In this document: piece by piece, positions 18,542 through 28,400 of the stretch
Layout of the letters: the number at the start of each line of letters is the position of its first letter
Numbering within the stretch: the first letter of the stretch is position 1
NCBI GenBank assembly: GCA_039714255.1
Contig: JBDLJQ010000003.1
Location: 9,191-73,190 of the forward strand
Direction of reading: 5' to 3'
Origin: Acidobacteriota bacterium
Lineage (GTDB): Bacteria; Acidobacteriota; Aminicenantia; UBA2199
Length of the DNA stretch: 64,000 nt
Translations under genes and position numbers: made by a program
The notes under the pieces: generated by a model
The model's input: only the letters and a program-made list of their open reading frames with translations
What the model was told of the DNA's origin: nothing
Database searches by the model: none

Positions 18542-19612
18542 TTACTTCTTTATCCTGATCTTGAGTTTTAAATTTAAATCAAATTCTTTTTTTCCTTCAG
18601 GAATTTTAATATCCAGAGGTATGGTCATTTCTCCTTCATCCGGTAAACTTTCTTTGTCGGTGAAATCATCAATTTTATCAGATATCATCTCATTTTCAGA
18701 AAGTTCTATTGGAGCTGATATATCTATCTCTTTTGAAGATGAAGTTATTTCCCTGTTTATCTCTACTTCAGGTATCTCAATATCTGAAAATTCCTTGCTG
18801 TCAAGATTTTCATTCTCCAGATCAAAAATATCTTCATCATTTTTTTCATCCGATTCATTATCTTCTGATTCAATTGGAGTTGCCAGTTCAATAATACTTT
18901 CATCCTGTGTATCACCTGTATCAGAACCTGGCCGGGGCTCATCAACTATCTCTTCAGGAGTCTTTCCGCTTTTAGAAGTAATTTCATCCCTGGAAAACAT
19001 CACTGTTTTATCTTTCTGGAAAACTGTGAGCTTATTCTTAATATATATAATCACCATCTTCATTATGGTGTGAAGACCTTCGTGAATATTTTCTCCCGTA
19101 GTCGCAATTGTCGGGAAAAAAGGTTTATTTTCAGGATTAAGATCTGAATTTAATTCGTCAATTGGAAGAATTTCTTTCAGGTCTCTTTTGTTATATTGGA
19201 ATATAAGTGGAATTTCGACAAAGGAAATATTGTTCTCCATCAAATTCTCTTTAAGATTTTTAAAACTTTCTACATTCTGTTCCCGCATTTCAATCTGTGA
19301 ATCCGCAACAAAAACTATACCGTCTGCCCCCTGTAATACAAGTTTTCTCGTTGTATTATAGGCAACCTGTCCCGGTACCGTATATAGCTGTATCTTTATT
19401 GTATAATTTCCAAGATTACCGATCTCTATTGGGAGAAAATCAAAAAAAAGTGTACGATCCCCATCAGTATCAAGAGTGATTAATTTTCCTTTTTTTTTGA
19501 ATTCTTTGCTATTGAATACATCCCTTAAACAGGTTGTCTTTCCACTTAAAGCCGGACCGTAATATACAATTTTAACAGTTATTTCTCTGTTATTGTAATT
19601 AACAAATGCCAT
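18542..19612 (-). CDS. mglA: MglA-family Ras-like small GTPase with a ~160-aa acidic C-terminal extension
   Basis: The first ~195 aa align along their length with Myxococcus MglA: P-loop GPALSGKTT, intrinsic Arg/Thr switch I (TDGDRTLFFDFLP), switch II YTVPGQ, and G4 QYNKRD. The tail is D/E/S-rich and ends in a basic segment (KKEFDLNLKLKIRIKK). Confidence 0.8.
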   Translation of the reverse strand: MAFVNYNNREITVKIVYYGPALSGKTTCLRDVFNSKEFKKKGKLITLDTDGDRTLFFDFLPIEIGNLGNYTIKIQLYTVPGQVAYNTTRKLVLQGADGIVFVADSQIEMREQNVESFKNLKENLMENNISFVEIPLIFQYNKRDLKEILPIDELNSDLNPENKPFFPTIATTGENIHEGLHTIMKMVIIYIKNKLTVFQKDKTVMFSRDEITSKSGKTPEEIVDEPRPGSDTGDTQDESIIELATPIESEDNESDEKNDEDIFDLENENLDSKEFSDIEIPEVEINREITSSSKEIDISAPIELSENEMISDKIDDFTDKESLPDEGEMTIPLDIKIPEGKKEFDLNLKLKIRIKK

Positions 19613-19614
19613 TG

Positions 19615-20106
19615 CTAAAAGGGGTCATCATATTGAATATCATCATCTATTTGAGCTTCGGGGGGTGCCTGGATATTATCATCATTGTTCCCATTCATTG
19701 AATTGCTTTGATTCCCATAAGAAGAATCCGCACTATAATTTTGCTGTTTCTCAGTTTTATCTAAAATTACAACTGAATCAGCAATTATTTCCACAGTTTT
19801 TCTATCTTGTCCGTTTTTATCCTGCCATTTTCTGCTTTTTATTTTACCTTCAACAAGGAGCATTGAACCTCTTTTAACACTCTTCTCGATTTTCTTTGCT
19901 ACATATCCCCATGCAACAACATTATGCCATTCGGAAGATTCCTGCCACTGGTTGTTTTTATCCATATATACCTCGGCAGTTACAAGAGTAAATTTTGCTA
20001 CATCCTTTCCCAGGTTCGGTATATGGCTTATTTCAGGGTCTCTTGGCTGTACATTTCCAACAAGTGTTACACGATTGAGGCTTCTTTTATGTGCCATTTC
20101 ATTCAC
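19615..20106 (-). CDS. ssb: Single-stranded DNA-binding protein
   Basis: OB fold with conserved Trp positions (EWHNVVAWG, SRKWQDKNGQDR), a Gln/Asn/Ser-rich linker, and an acidic C-terminal tip (...DDDIQYDDPF). Confidence 0.88.
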   Translation of the reverse strand: MNEMAHKRSLNRVTLVGNVQPRDPEISHIPNLGKDVAKFTLVTAEVYMDKNNQWQESSEWHNVVAWGYVAKKIEKSVKRGSMLLVEGKIKSRKWQDKNGQDRKTVEIIADSVVILDKTEKQQNYSADSSYGNQSNSMNGNNDDNIQAPPEAQIDDDIQYDDPF

Positions 20107-20875
20107 TTAAATCCTTTATTTTTTGTTTTGCCAGATATGCTTCTTCAGAAAGTGGATATTTGGATATTAATTCTTTCAGCACTGAAATTCCATTTTCACT
20201 TTTTCCAACTTCTAACAGAGCATATCCTTTTTTCAGTAAAGCATCAGGAACTTTGTCCCCATTTGAATATTTGTCTATCAGATCGGAAAAAACCTTAATT
20301 GCCTCATTAAAATCCTTTTTTGCATAGTAGCACTCCCCTATCCAGTATAATGAATTATCTGCAAGAACATTATCCGGATAGAGGTTTACAAATTGACGAA
20401 AGCCTTCAATAGCCAACTGATAGTTTTTCTTTATATAGTCTGAATAAGCAGTATAATAGATGCTGTCCGGAGAAGACTGTACAGAATTCTGATTTGATTC
20501 AGAATCATCACCAGATATTTTTTGAGAGTCCTTTGAAGGTGCTGACGGGATTGTGATCAGCTTATCATTCATTTTCCCGATCTGGTTCTTTATTTCATTT
20601 AACTCTTCTTTAAGAAATTGCAAACTCAACAATGTTGTCTCTTTTGTCTGTTCCGTATCAGCCTGGCTTTTTGTAATGGCAGTTATCTTAGCATCAATAA
20701 TATCTATTTTTTTTCTCAATGCTGATAGTTCAGTTGAAACTGCAGATAATTCCTTTTCCAATAAATTACTGATCTTCTGTAATTCAACTAATAATAATTT
20801 TGTATCTTTTTTTACTGGGAGCAACCATAAACTGAAAACCAGAAAAAAAACTATCCAACAATTAAACCTTTTCAT
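20099..20875 (-). CDS. cpoB: Tol-Pal system protein YbgF/CpoB
   Basis: Signal peptide, N-terminal coiled coil, and C-terminal TPR (YWIGECYYAKKDFNEAIKVF). Located directly downstream of pal. Confidence 0.8.
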   Translation of the reverse strand: MKRFNCWIVFFLVFSLWLLPVKKDTKLLLVELQKISNLLEKELSAVSTELSALRKKIDIIDAKITAITKSQADTEQTKETTLLSLQFLKEELNEIKNQIGKMNDKLITIPSAPSKDSQKISGDDSESNQNSVQSSPDSIYYTAYSDYIKKNYQLAIEGFRQFVNLYPDNVLADNSLYWIGECYYAKKDFNEAIKVFSDLIDKYSNGDKVPDALLKKGYALLEVGKSENGISVLKELISKYPLSEEAYLAKQKIKDLSE

Positions 20876-20900
20876 AATTCAATAAAAAATTAAATCTGAT

Positions 20901-21431
20901 CTATTTTTTAATTATTACAAACTCGTCCCTTCTGTTCATAAAATGTGTTTTTTCATCAACACCTTTCACAACAGGGTTTGTTTTCCCATAAGAAACGATC
21001 TTTATCCTGTCTTCTGTAATTCCAAGTGAAACAAGATATTTTTTTGCAGCTTCAGCTCTTTTTTCTCCTAAAGCCATGTTATATTCAACAGTACCTCTTT
21101 CATCACAATGGCCATCAATTGATATTCCAATTGTTTTATGTTTCAGTAGCCAATCTGCATTGTTATGAAGAATACCTTTCATATCTTCTCTAATAGTGTA
21201 CTTGTCAAAATCAAAATTTATTTTTTTCAAATGGCCTTCTTTATTAATCTGATCAAGACTTTTTTGCAGAAGTAATTCTTCTTCGGTTAATTTTGGTTTC
21301 TCAATTTTAGTTGTTGTTTCTTCAACCTTTTCCACTTTTTCAACCGGTTCAGTTTCCACTTTTTTCTTACAGGAATCAAACAGGAAAATAACCATCATGA
21401 CTGCTAAAATTGTAATTAATACTCTTTTCAT
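20901..21431 (-). CDS. pal: Peptidoglycan-associated lipoprotein Pal (OmpA-family)
   Basis: Lipobox LFDSC and an OmpA-like C-terminal domain (FDFDKYTIR..., NMALGEKRAEAAKKYL). Confidence 0.88.
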   Translation of the reverse strand: MKRVLITILAVMMVIFLFDSCKKKVETEPVEKVEKVEETTTKIEKPKLTEEELLLQKSLDQINKEGHLKKINFDFDKYTIREDMKGILHNNADWLLKHKTIGISIDGHCDERGTVEYNMALGEKRAEAAKKYLVSLGITEDRIKIVSYGKTNPVVKGVDEKTHFMNRRDEFVIIKK

Positions 21432-21492
21432 TTTTCCTCCTAAATTATATTAATTATTTATATAATACAAAATTTCATTTGTCAAATTAGTT

Positions 21493-22818
21493 TCACTTAA
21501 ATTTCTGCCATTTCGGCATTTTGTTTTCTCCCCTGTAGGTAAGTTTTTTCAAATTAGAACCATCATAATCCATCGAATAAAGTTGATAAAATCCAGATCT
21601 GTTAGATGAGAATATAATATGACGGCTGTCTGGAGACCATGTGGGATTTTCATTTCTCCCGGAGTTCTCAGTTAATTTTGAAATAGAATTATTCTTTATA
21701 TTTAACAAATAAATATCAAATCTCCCTTCAATTCGGGAAACATAAGCTATCCTTGAACCATCCGGAGACCATGCCGGATTATCATGATAGGTACCTTCAT
21801 AGGTCACTCTCCTTACATTGGTTCCATCACTGTTCATAACATAAATTTGAGGAGTACCACCCCTTTGAGAAGTAAAAGCTATCTCATTCCCATTTGGGCT
21901 CCAGCATGGAGATGAATCTATAATATGATTGTATGTAAGCCTTTTTTCCTTTCCTGAATCCATGAATCTGACATATATCTCTGCATTTTTATCCCTCTTT
22001 GAAGAAGTATAAACAACTTTATTCTCGTCAAGAGCCCAATCAGCTCTATAATTTACACCCCCTGATGATATGACCTCATTTCTACCTGAATATAAATTAA
22101 ATTGAAAAAGGTCCGGACTTCCCTTTTTATATGAAGTGTAAAGTATTTTTTCTTTATCCACACTCCAGGAGGGCATCAGATCTATATAATTATTATATGT
22201 AATCCTCCTGGGCCTTTTTCCGTCATAATCCATAATATATATTTCTTTGTTCTTATCTCTATTTGAAACATAAACGATTTTTGATGTAAAGATCGGTTTT
22301 TCTCCGAAATGTTTCATCATCTCATCAGCAGCTCTGTGTGATATTAGCCTTAAAAATTCTTTTTTTCCGCCAAAATTTCTTCCAAACACAAGTTTTCCCC
22401 CATCAATATCATAAACTTTTATGGAAAATAGTATCCTGTTTTCAGGAGAAACATCGATCACAGCTTTGATCAGAACCTTTGCCTGAATTGATGCCCAGTC
22501 TTTGAATACAATCCTGGACCCTTCCTGCCTTGGAAGATAAGTATAATGCTCCTTTGGTATTAATTTAAATACCCTTGAATATTTCAGGTCATTCCATAGT
22601 GTATCGTATATTTCATTTTTTGTTTTATCATCAATTTGAGATTCACCTGAATAATCAAACTGAGGAAGTGCTACTGTTATCAGGGGAATTCCTTCAGTAA
22701 TTTTTATTTTAATCTCTTCCTGTGAATAAATACCCTTAGATCCGGTTAAAATAAGTAACAAATATATTGTAAAAAGTATTTTGATTTTTTTCATTTTATT
22801 TCTCCCATTCAAATTCAA
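21493..22818 (-). CDS. tolB: Tol-Pal system beta-propeller protein TolB
   Basis: Signal peptide, TolB N-terminal domain, and repeated WSPDG/SPDGS beta-propeller blades. Confidence 0.9.
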   Translation of the reverse strand: MNLNGRNKMKKIKILFTIYLLLILTGSKGIYSQEEIKIKITEGIPLITVALPQFDYSGESQIDDKTKNEIYDTLWNDLKYSRVFKLIPKEHYTYLPRQEGSRIVFKDWASIQAKVLIKAVIDVSPENRILFSIKVYDIDGGKLVFGRNFGGKKEFLRLISHRAADEMMKHFGEKPIFTSKIVYVSNRDKNKEIYIMDYDGKRPRRITYNNYIDLMPSWSVDKEKILYTSYKKGSPDLFQFNLYSGRNEVISSGGVNYRADWALDENKVVYTSSKRDKNAEIYVRFMDSGKEKRLTYNHIIDSSPCWSPNGNEIAFTSQRGGTPQIYVMNSDGTNVRRVTYEGTYHDNPAWSPDGSRIAYVSRIEGRFDIYLLNIKNNSISKLTENSGRNENPTWSPDSRHIIFSSNRSGFYQLYSMDYDGSNLKKLTYRGENKMPKWQKFK

Positions 22819-23545
22819 AATAGACGCCCAGATATAATTCGGGATAGTCTGACGGTAAAGGCGGAAAAGGTGTAACTTCTCTTATAACTCTCATTGTTGA
22901 AAGATCATATGAAACATTACCGCTTTTATCAACAAGTTTAAGATTGCCGATCTCACCATTCCTGTATATTCTGAAATAAACAACTGACGTAAATTTACCT
23001 TTCATCCCGGTAGATGACAGAGGATTGTACCATGAAGATGAAATTTTATTCTTTAAAGTCTCAACATAATATGCATAAGGAAAATTCCCTCCAATACCAC
23101 CTTGTCCCGACCCTGTCCCGGATCCGGAACCTGACAAACCGGTTTTTATAAAATCTGACACTTTATCAGAACCTGCTCTTTTTTTCGATTTATCTGAATT
23201 AATTTTCCTTTTTTTCCTTACAACAGTTATTAACTCTTTCTTTTTTTCCTTTTTTTTATTTTTTTTAACTTTTTTATCCGGAAATCTTAATTTTGACTCA
23301 GGCTCTTTCTTGACGGTTAAATTCTTTACTTTACCTTTATCTTCTTCTATTACTTCAGCTTTTATATTATTTTTTATTTCGCTTTTTATATTATTCCCGC
23401 CTTCCGGCCCTCCGCCATTTAAATGGATCAGGTCAACATAATATGTAGTCGATTTTCGGGGCGATTTATCAGGATAAAAAAATGCAATTGCAAAAAGGGA
23501 AAAATGAAATATTATAGATAATACTACCGTTATTCGAAATTTCAT
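22796..23545 (-). CDS. tolA: TolA/TonB-family energy-transducing protein
   Basis: N-terminal TM anchor, Lys/Glu-rich spacer, Gly-rich segment, and a TonB_C-type C-terminal domain. Position between tolR and tolB. Confidence 0.75.
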   Translation of the reverse strand: MKFRITVVLSIIFHFSLFAIAFFYPDKSPRKSTTYYVDLIHLNGGGPEGGNNIKSEIKNNIKAEVIEEDKGKVKNLTVKKEPESKLRFPDKKVKKNKKKEKKKELITVVRKKRKINSDKSKKRAGSDKVSDFIKTGLSGSGSGTGSGQGGIGGNFPYAYYVETLKNKISSSWYNPLSSTGMKGKFTSVVYFRIYRNGEIGNLKLVDKSGNVSYDLSTMRVIREVTPFPPLPSDYPELYLGVYFEFEWEK

Positions 23546-23955
23546 CCCTTTTCTTTTTTAGCAATAATCATTCCTATGGTTTCAATTCCTGCTTTTTTAA
23601 TCACATCCATCACTTTTATAACATATCCGTAAGATACATCCTTATCAGCTTTCAGAAAAACTATCTTCTTTTTTCTTTTATAGAAATAGTTCTTCAGTTT
23701 TGATTCCAGGAGATAGAGATTTATAATTTTGTTATCTATATAAATATAGTGATCTTTTGTAACTGACAGGACAAGGCCTCCGGAACTTGGAGTTGAAGGA
23801 GTTTCCGCAGTAGGTAAATTTATATTTATTCCGGATTGCATCATTGGTGCTGTAACCATAAATATTATCAGAAGAACTAACATTACATCAACAAGTGGAG
23901 TAACATTAATTTCAGACAAATTCGAAGATAATCTCCCTTTTCCGTTTATCTGCAT
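23542..23955 (-). CDS. tolR: Biopolymer transport protein TolR/ExbD
   Basis: ExbD/TolR family: INVTPLVDVMLVLLIIFMVTAP, 137 aa. Confidence 0.88.
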   Translation of the reverse strand: MQINGKGRLSSNLSEINVTPLVDVMLVLLIIFMVTAPMMQSGININLPTAETPSTPSSGGLVLSVTKDHYIYIDNKIINLYLLESKLKNYFYKRKKKIVFLKADKDVSYGYVIKVMDVIKKAGIETIGMIIAKKEKG

Positions 23956-23956
23956 T

Positions 23957-24655
23957 TTATCTCATATTTTCACTGGCACTTAAAAACTCTGATATAAAAT
24001 TTTCCATTTCAGTTATTATCACTTTTACCTTATTTAAAAGTAAATTATAAAAAATAACTGCCGGTATAGCAGCGAAAAGGCCCAGCGCAGTGGCGATCAA
24101 AGCCTCTGCTATTCCCGGTGCTACCGTTGCAAGGTTAGCATTCATCTGGATCCCGATCTGTTGAAAAGAGGTCATTATGCCCCATACAGTTCCGAATAAC
24201 CCTATAAAAGGAGTTACGGCAGCTGTAGTAGCAAGGAAGCCGTTCAACCTTTCTAACCTTGTAATTTCAATATTTGAGGCCCGTTCAAGAGACCTGTTAA
24301 TTGAATCCAGATTAATTTTTTTCACATCCTTCTCAGGGCCTAACTGCATCGACAGTTCTTTATAACCGGACCTGAAAATATGTGTTAAAGGGCTGTCCTT
24401 TAGATTTCCTGAAAATTTAATAATATCAGAAAAATTTTTAGTTTTCCTAAAGAACTCAAGAAATTTGATAGATTTTTTTTTTGCATTTTTGTATTCAACA
24501 AGTTTAAATATAACGATTGCCCATGAGAAAACTGAAAAAATAACCAATAGCAGAAGAACAAATTTTACAACAATTGATGCATGTTTGATTAAATTAAGAT
24601 AACTCATAGCATGACCGGACGATGCTTGAAGAACCAATAATAATGAACTTTTCAT
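23957..24655 (-). CDS. tolQ: TolQ/ExbB/MotA-family proton channel
   Basis: Three TM segments and the conserved C-terminal MotA_ExbB region (TVAPGIAEALIATALGLFAAIPAVIFYN). First gene of the tolQRAB-pal-ybgF synteny. Confidence 0.88.
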   Translation of the reverse strand: MKSSLLLVLQASSGHAMSYLNLIKHASIVVKFVLLLLVIFSVFSWAIVIFKLVEYKNAKKKSIKFLEFFRKTKNFSDIIKFSGNLKDSPLTHIFRSGYKELSMQLGPEKDVKKINLDSINRSLERASNIEITRLERLNGFLATTAAVTPFIGLFGTVWGIMTSFQQIGIQMNANLATVAPGIAEALIATALGLFAAIPAVIFYNLLLNKVKVIITEMENFISEFLSASENMR

Positions 24656-24735
24656 GTTTTATGTTTACCACAAATCGAAGGACTTTTCAAGTTCAATATA
24701 AGAATTAAAATCCGGAATAAAGTTTCAATCCTCTT

Positions 24736-25410
24736 TTATTCCACTACTCCTTTTTCAATTATTATGATTCTCCATATCCATATAATAAGAATTACCAACG
24801 TGGAAATAATTCTATATGCAGATGAAATTGTAAAAAAATCATAAATTCCATGCAAAAGTATTGATATAATAAATGCTGCTGTTATTTTTCCATAAGCTAT
24901 TCTCCCGCTTAATTTTGACCGGGCAATATAATATCCCCATATCGAGGAAAACAGTGTATGGGTAAGAGGAGAAGCAATTGCTCTCCCGAATAGTTCGATC
25001 CCACTCAAATACGGGATAAAAAGAATATTTTCAAAACCGGCAAACCCAAGAGCTATTATTGAAGAGTAAATGATCCCGTCAACAATTTCATCAAAATTCC
25101 TAAAGTACCTGACAATAAAAATAAATGGAATCAATTTGAATAATTCTTCCACAAATCCAACAACAGAAACAAGATATATAAAAGAAAAACCGGATCTGTT
25201 ATAAACAAATGCAGAAGGGTCCCGTGGAATACCTATAAACTCTAAAAGAACATGGAATTTGAAACAGAGTAATCCAAAGATCATCCCAAATAAAAATGCC
25301 ATACCCAGATTAATAAATGGTTCAGGCTTATAACGATCCTTATATTTAAAATAAGCTATCCAGAACAAAGCCGGGGCTAGTATTGCTGATAATATTGTCC
25401 AGAAAGTCAT
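24736..25410 (-). CDS. prsW: PrsW-family intramembrane glutamic protease
   Basis: Multi-TM protein with PrsW motifs EELFK, FAGFENILF, LHGIYDF. Confidence 0.75.
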   Translation of the reverse strand: MTFWTILSAILAPALFWIAYFKYKDRYKPEPFINLGMAFLFGMIFGLLCFKFHVLLEFIGIPRDPSAFVYNRSGFSFIYLVSVVGFVEELFKLIPFIFIVRYFRNFDEIVDGIIYSSIIALGFAGFENILFIPYLSGIELFGRAIASPLTHTLFSSIWGYYIARSKLSGRIAYGKITAAFIISILLHGIYDFFTISSAYRIISTLVILIIWIWRIIIIEKGVVE

Positions 25411-25456
25411 TATAAAAACTATGCAGGATAATCCATATTCTTATATTTTCAATAGA

Positions 25457-28400
25457 TCAAGCCCGGTTATTATCCAAAGATCTGTTTTTTGTACTTTTAT
25501 ATTTAGCTTTAACAAAAATTTTGATCCTGTTACCTGTCAGGTAAAGAACAGGAACAAGGATAAGGGTAAGGAATGTAGCAAAACTCAGCCCGAAAATAAC
25601 TGTCCATGCCATGGGCCCCCAGAATAAAGCATTATCTCCGCCAAAATATATCTGGGGATCAAGCCTGCTCAGAAAATTTCTAATATTTATATTCAGGCCA
25701 ATTGCCATTGGAACCAGGCCTAATATTGTGGTTATTGCTGTTAACAGAACAGGACGCAATCTTGTTTTGCCACCTTCAATTATTGATTCAATAATTGATC
25801 CGATTGGAAGGTCATCTTCTTCAGTAAGATTAAGATCATTCTTTTTTCTTGTTTTTAAATAATCAATATAGTCAATAAGCACAATTGCATTATTAACTAC
25901 AACACCTCCCAGTGATATGATCCCTATTCCAGTCATAATTATAATAAAATCCATCTTGAAAGTGGCAAGGCCGCCAAAAACACCTATTGTACTGAAGAAT
26001 ACGCTGGCTATAATTATAAAAGGTTTGGCAAATGAATTGAACTGAGTTACCAGTATTATCATAATGAGGGATAATGCTATCATCATCGCCCTGCTGAGAA
26101 ATTCCATTGTCTCCTTCTGTTCTTCCTGTTCACCGGTAAATTTGTAACTGAATCCCTCCGGAATATCATAATTAGCCAGTAATTTTTTTAATCGCTGGTT
26201 AATAATATTTGCATTAAAACCTTCAAGAATGTTTGAATGTAGTGTAATTACCCTTTTCAAATCCTTTCTTTTAACTGCACCATATGTTGTACTAAAACTG
26301 AAACTGGTAACAGCTGAAATAGGGACCTGCATAATCTTTCCGGTTGACTGGCTTCTGAAGGTTATTCTCTGGTCAAGAATTGAAGGTATATCTTTTCTAT
26401 ACTTCTCTTTAAACTTTAAAATTATTGGATATTCATCTTCTCCTACCTTCAACTCTGAAACTTCTTTCCCGAACAGAGAGGTTCTGATGGTGCTTGCAAT
26501 TTGGGCTGTTGAAAGGCCAAACCTCCTGGCTCTCTCTCTGTCGATTGAGATTATCAACTCAGGATTACCTACATCAAGATCCATTTTCAGATTTTCTATC
26601 CCTTCTATCTTTTCATTCTCTATATATTTTTGAATATCTTCAGTTATAGATATCAGTTTTTCATAGTCTTTTCCATCAATTTCAATATTAACAGGTTTCC
26701 CTGTAGGAGGGCCCATTCGGTTTTTCTCTATTGATATTAAAATACCCGGAATTTTGCCAATGATTTTTTTACTTAGTTCTTTCATGATCTCAGATGTCAA
26801 AATACCACTTCGTAGTTCATAGTCTACGAAAGAAACGGTTATCATCCCTTTATTCGGAGTATTACCAATAGGAAATTCATTTTCACCTACAACTCCTTTT
26901 CCTATAGTGGTAAGTACAGATTTTACTATATTCTTTTCAGGTTCAATAATTTTAAAAACCTTATCTTCTATCCTTTGCATAACCTCATTTGTTGCATTAA
27001 TATCTGATCCTATCGGGAGTTCTGCAGTTATATTTATAAAAGAAGGTTCATTTACCGGGAAGAACTCAACCTTAGGCCCCCTTATTGTAAAAAATATCAT
27101 AGTCAGTACTAATAATAAGAAAGTTCCGGCAATTATTTTTCCCGGACGTTTACCATCAAGTGAATACCTCAGGGCTTTCAGATAAAAATCTTCAAGTGAA
27201 GTCAGGAATTTAAGGCGGAACCATTCAGATAGTTTAAACAGGAAAAGATAATTAAAAATAATAAGTATCATAATTATCAACATTATTGTACCGATGGTAT
27301 TAACTTTAATTACATAAAATAACAACCCCAGTATTAATAAAATCAATGAAGTTTTAATGGTTTTTTTCTTTTCAGGGTTAGTGGATCCTTTATCCTGCCT
27401 GAAGTACCGTATTGAAAATACAGGTATAATAACTAGAGCAACAAAAAGGGATGAGGTAAGTACAATTATTAGTGTTATAGGGAGATGTTTCATAAACTCC
27501 CCCATTATTCCTCCCCAGAAAACTAGAGGAAAAAATGCAGCAAGCGTAGTTGCAGTGGAAGCAATAATGGGTATTGCTATCTCGCCAACACCTCTTTTTG
27601 CAGCTTCAAAAATTGGATATCCTTTGTCAGCGAACCTGTAGGTATTTTCAACAACAACAATAGCATTATCCACAAGCATACCCAGTGCAAGTACAAGGCC
27701 GAACAAAACCATCATATTTATGGTTGATCCCATTAAGCTAAGTATGACAAAGGATATGGTCATTGACATCGGTATGGCAATACCTACAAAAAGTGCATTT
27801 CTGGTCCCAAGGAAAAAATATAAAACAAGAATAACAAAGAATATTGCCATTGCTATATTATTTTCCAGATTACTTACCATACTTTTAACCATATCAGACT
27901 GGTCATTTGTTATGGTAATTTTCAGGTCAGGAGGTAATGTATTATCAGCTTTGGAATCAGATAGTAAGTTAAATATTTTTTCAGAAGCATTTATAAGGTT
28001 CTCACCGCTCTTCTTTATTACCTGAAGCGATACAACTGTCTGTTTATTCAATCTTGCATACGTTAATGGATCTTCAAATCCATCTATAACATCTGCCACA
28101 TCTTTAAGGTAAACAATGTTTCCACCTTCATGTTTAACAATAATATTTTCTATTTCACTGATATCCTTAAACTCTCCGATAGTTCTTACAGCCCGGGTTG
28201 TATTATTGATCTTCAATTCACCACCGGAGATCGATATGTTTTCATATACAAGGGCATCTTCTATATTCTGAAAATTCAATTTCATCAGGTCCAGCTTATG
28301 ACGGTCTATATTGATCTGGATCTCTCTATTATTCAACCCTTTTATTTCAACCTTCGAGATCTCTGTAAAAGTTTCAATCTCTTCTTCAAGAAATTCTGCA

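Noticed and set aside
18542-19050. Acidic tail of MglA as a possible tandem DNA repeat or CRISPR-like array
   Set aside because: At the nucleotide level the tail is compositionally biased (GA/T-rich) but has no repeated units or spacer periodicity.
18561-19073. 170-aa Ser/Phe-rich plus-strand ORF (and the 18709-18894 and 18763-18945 ORFs) inside the mglA tail region
   Set aside because: These are antisense to the D/E-rich tail coding sequence: GA-rich codons read as a low-complexity Ser/Phe/Ile 'protein' on the other strand. No start context and no domain. A mirror artefact.
24714-24742. AT-rich hairpin GGAATAAA...TTTATTCC overlapping the prsW stop, considered as a terminator before tolQ
   Set aside because: The stem is entirely A/T plus 2 GC pairs and overlaps the stop codon. 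Too weak to call as an intrinsic terminator.
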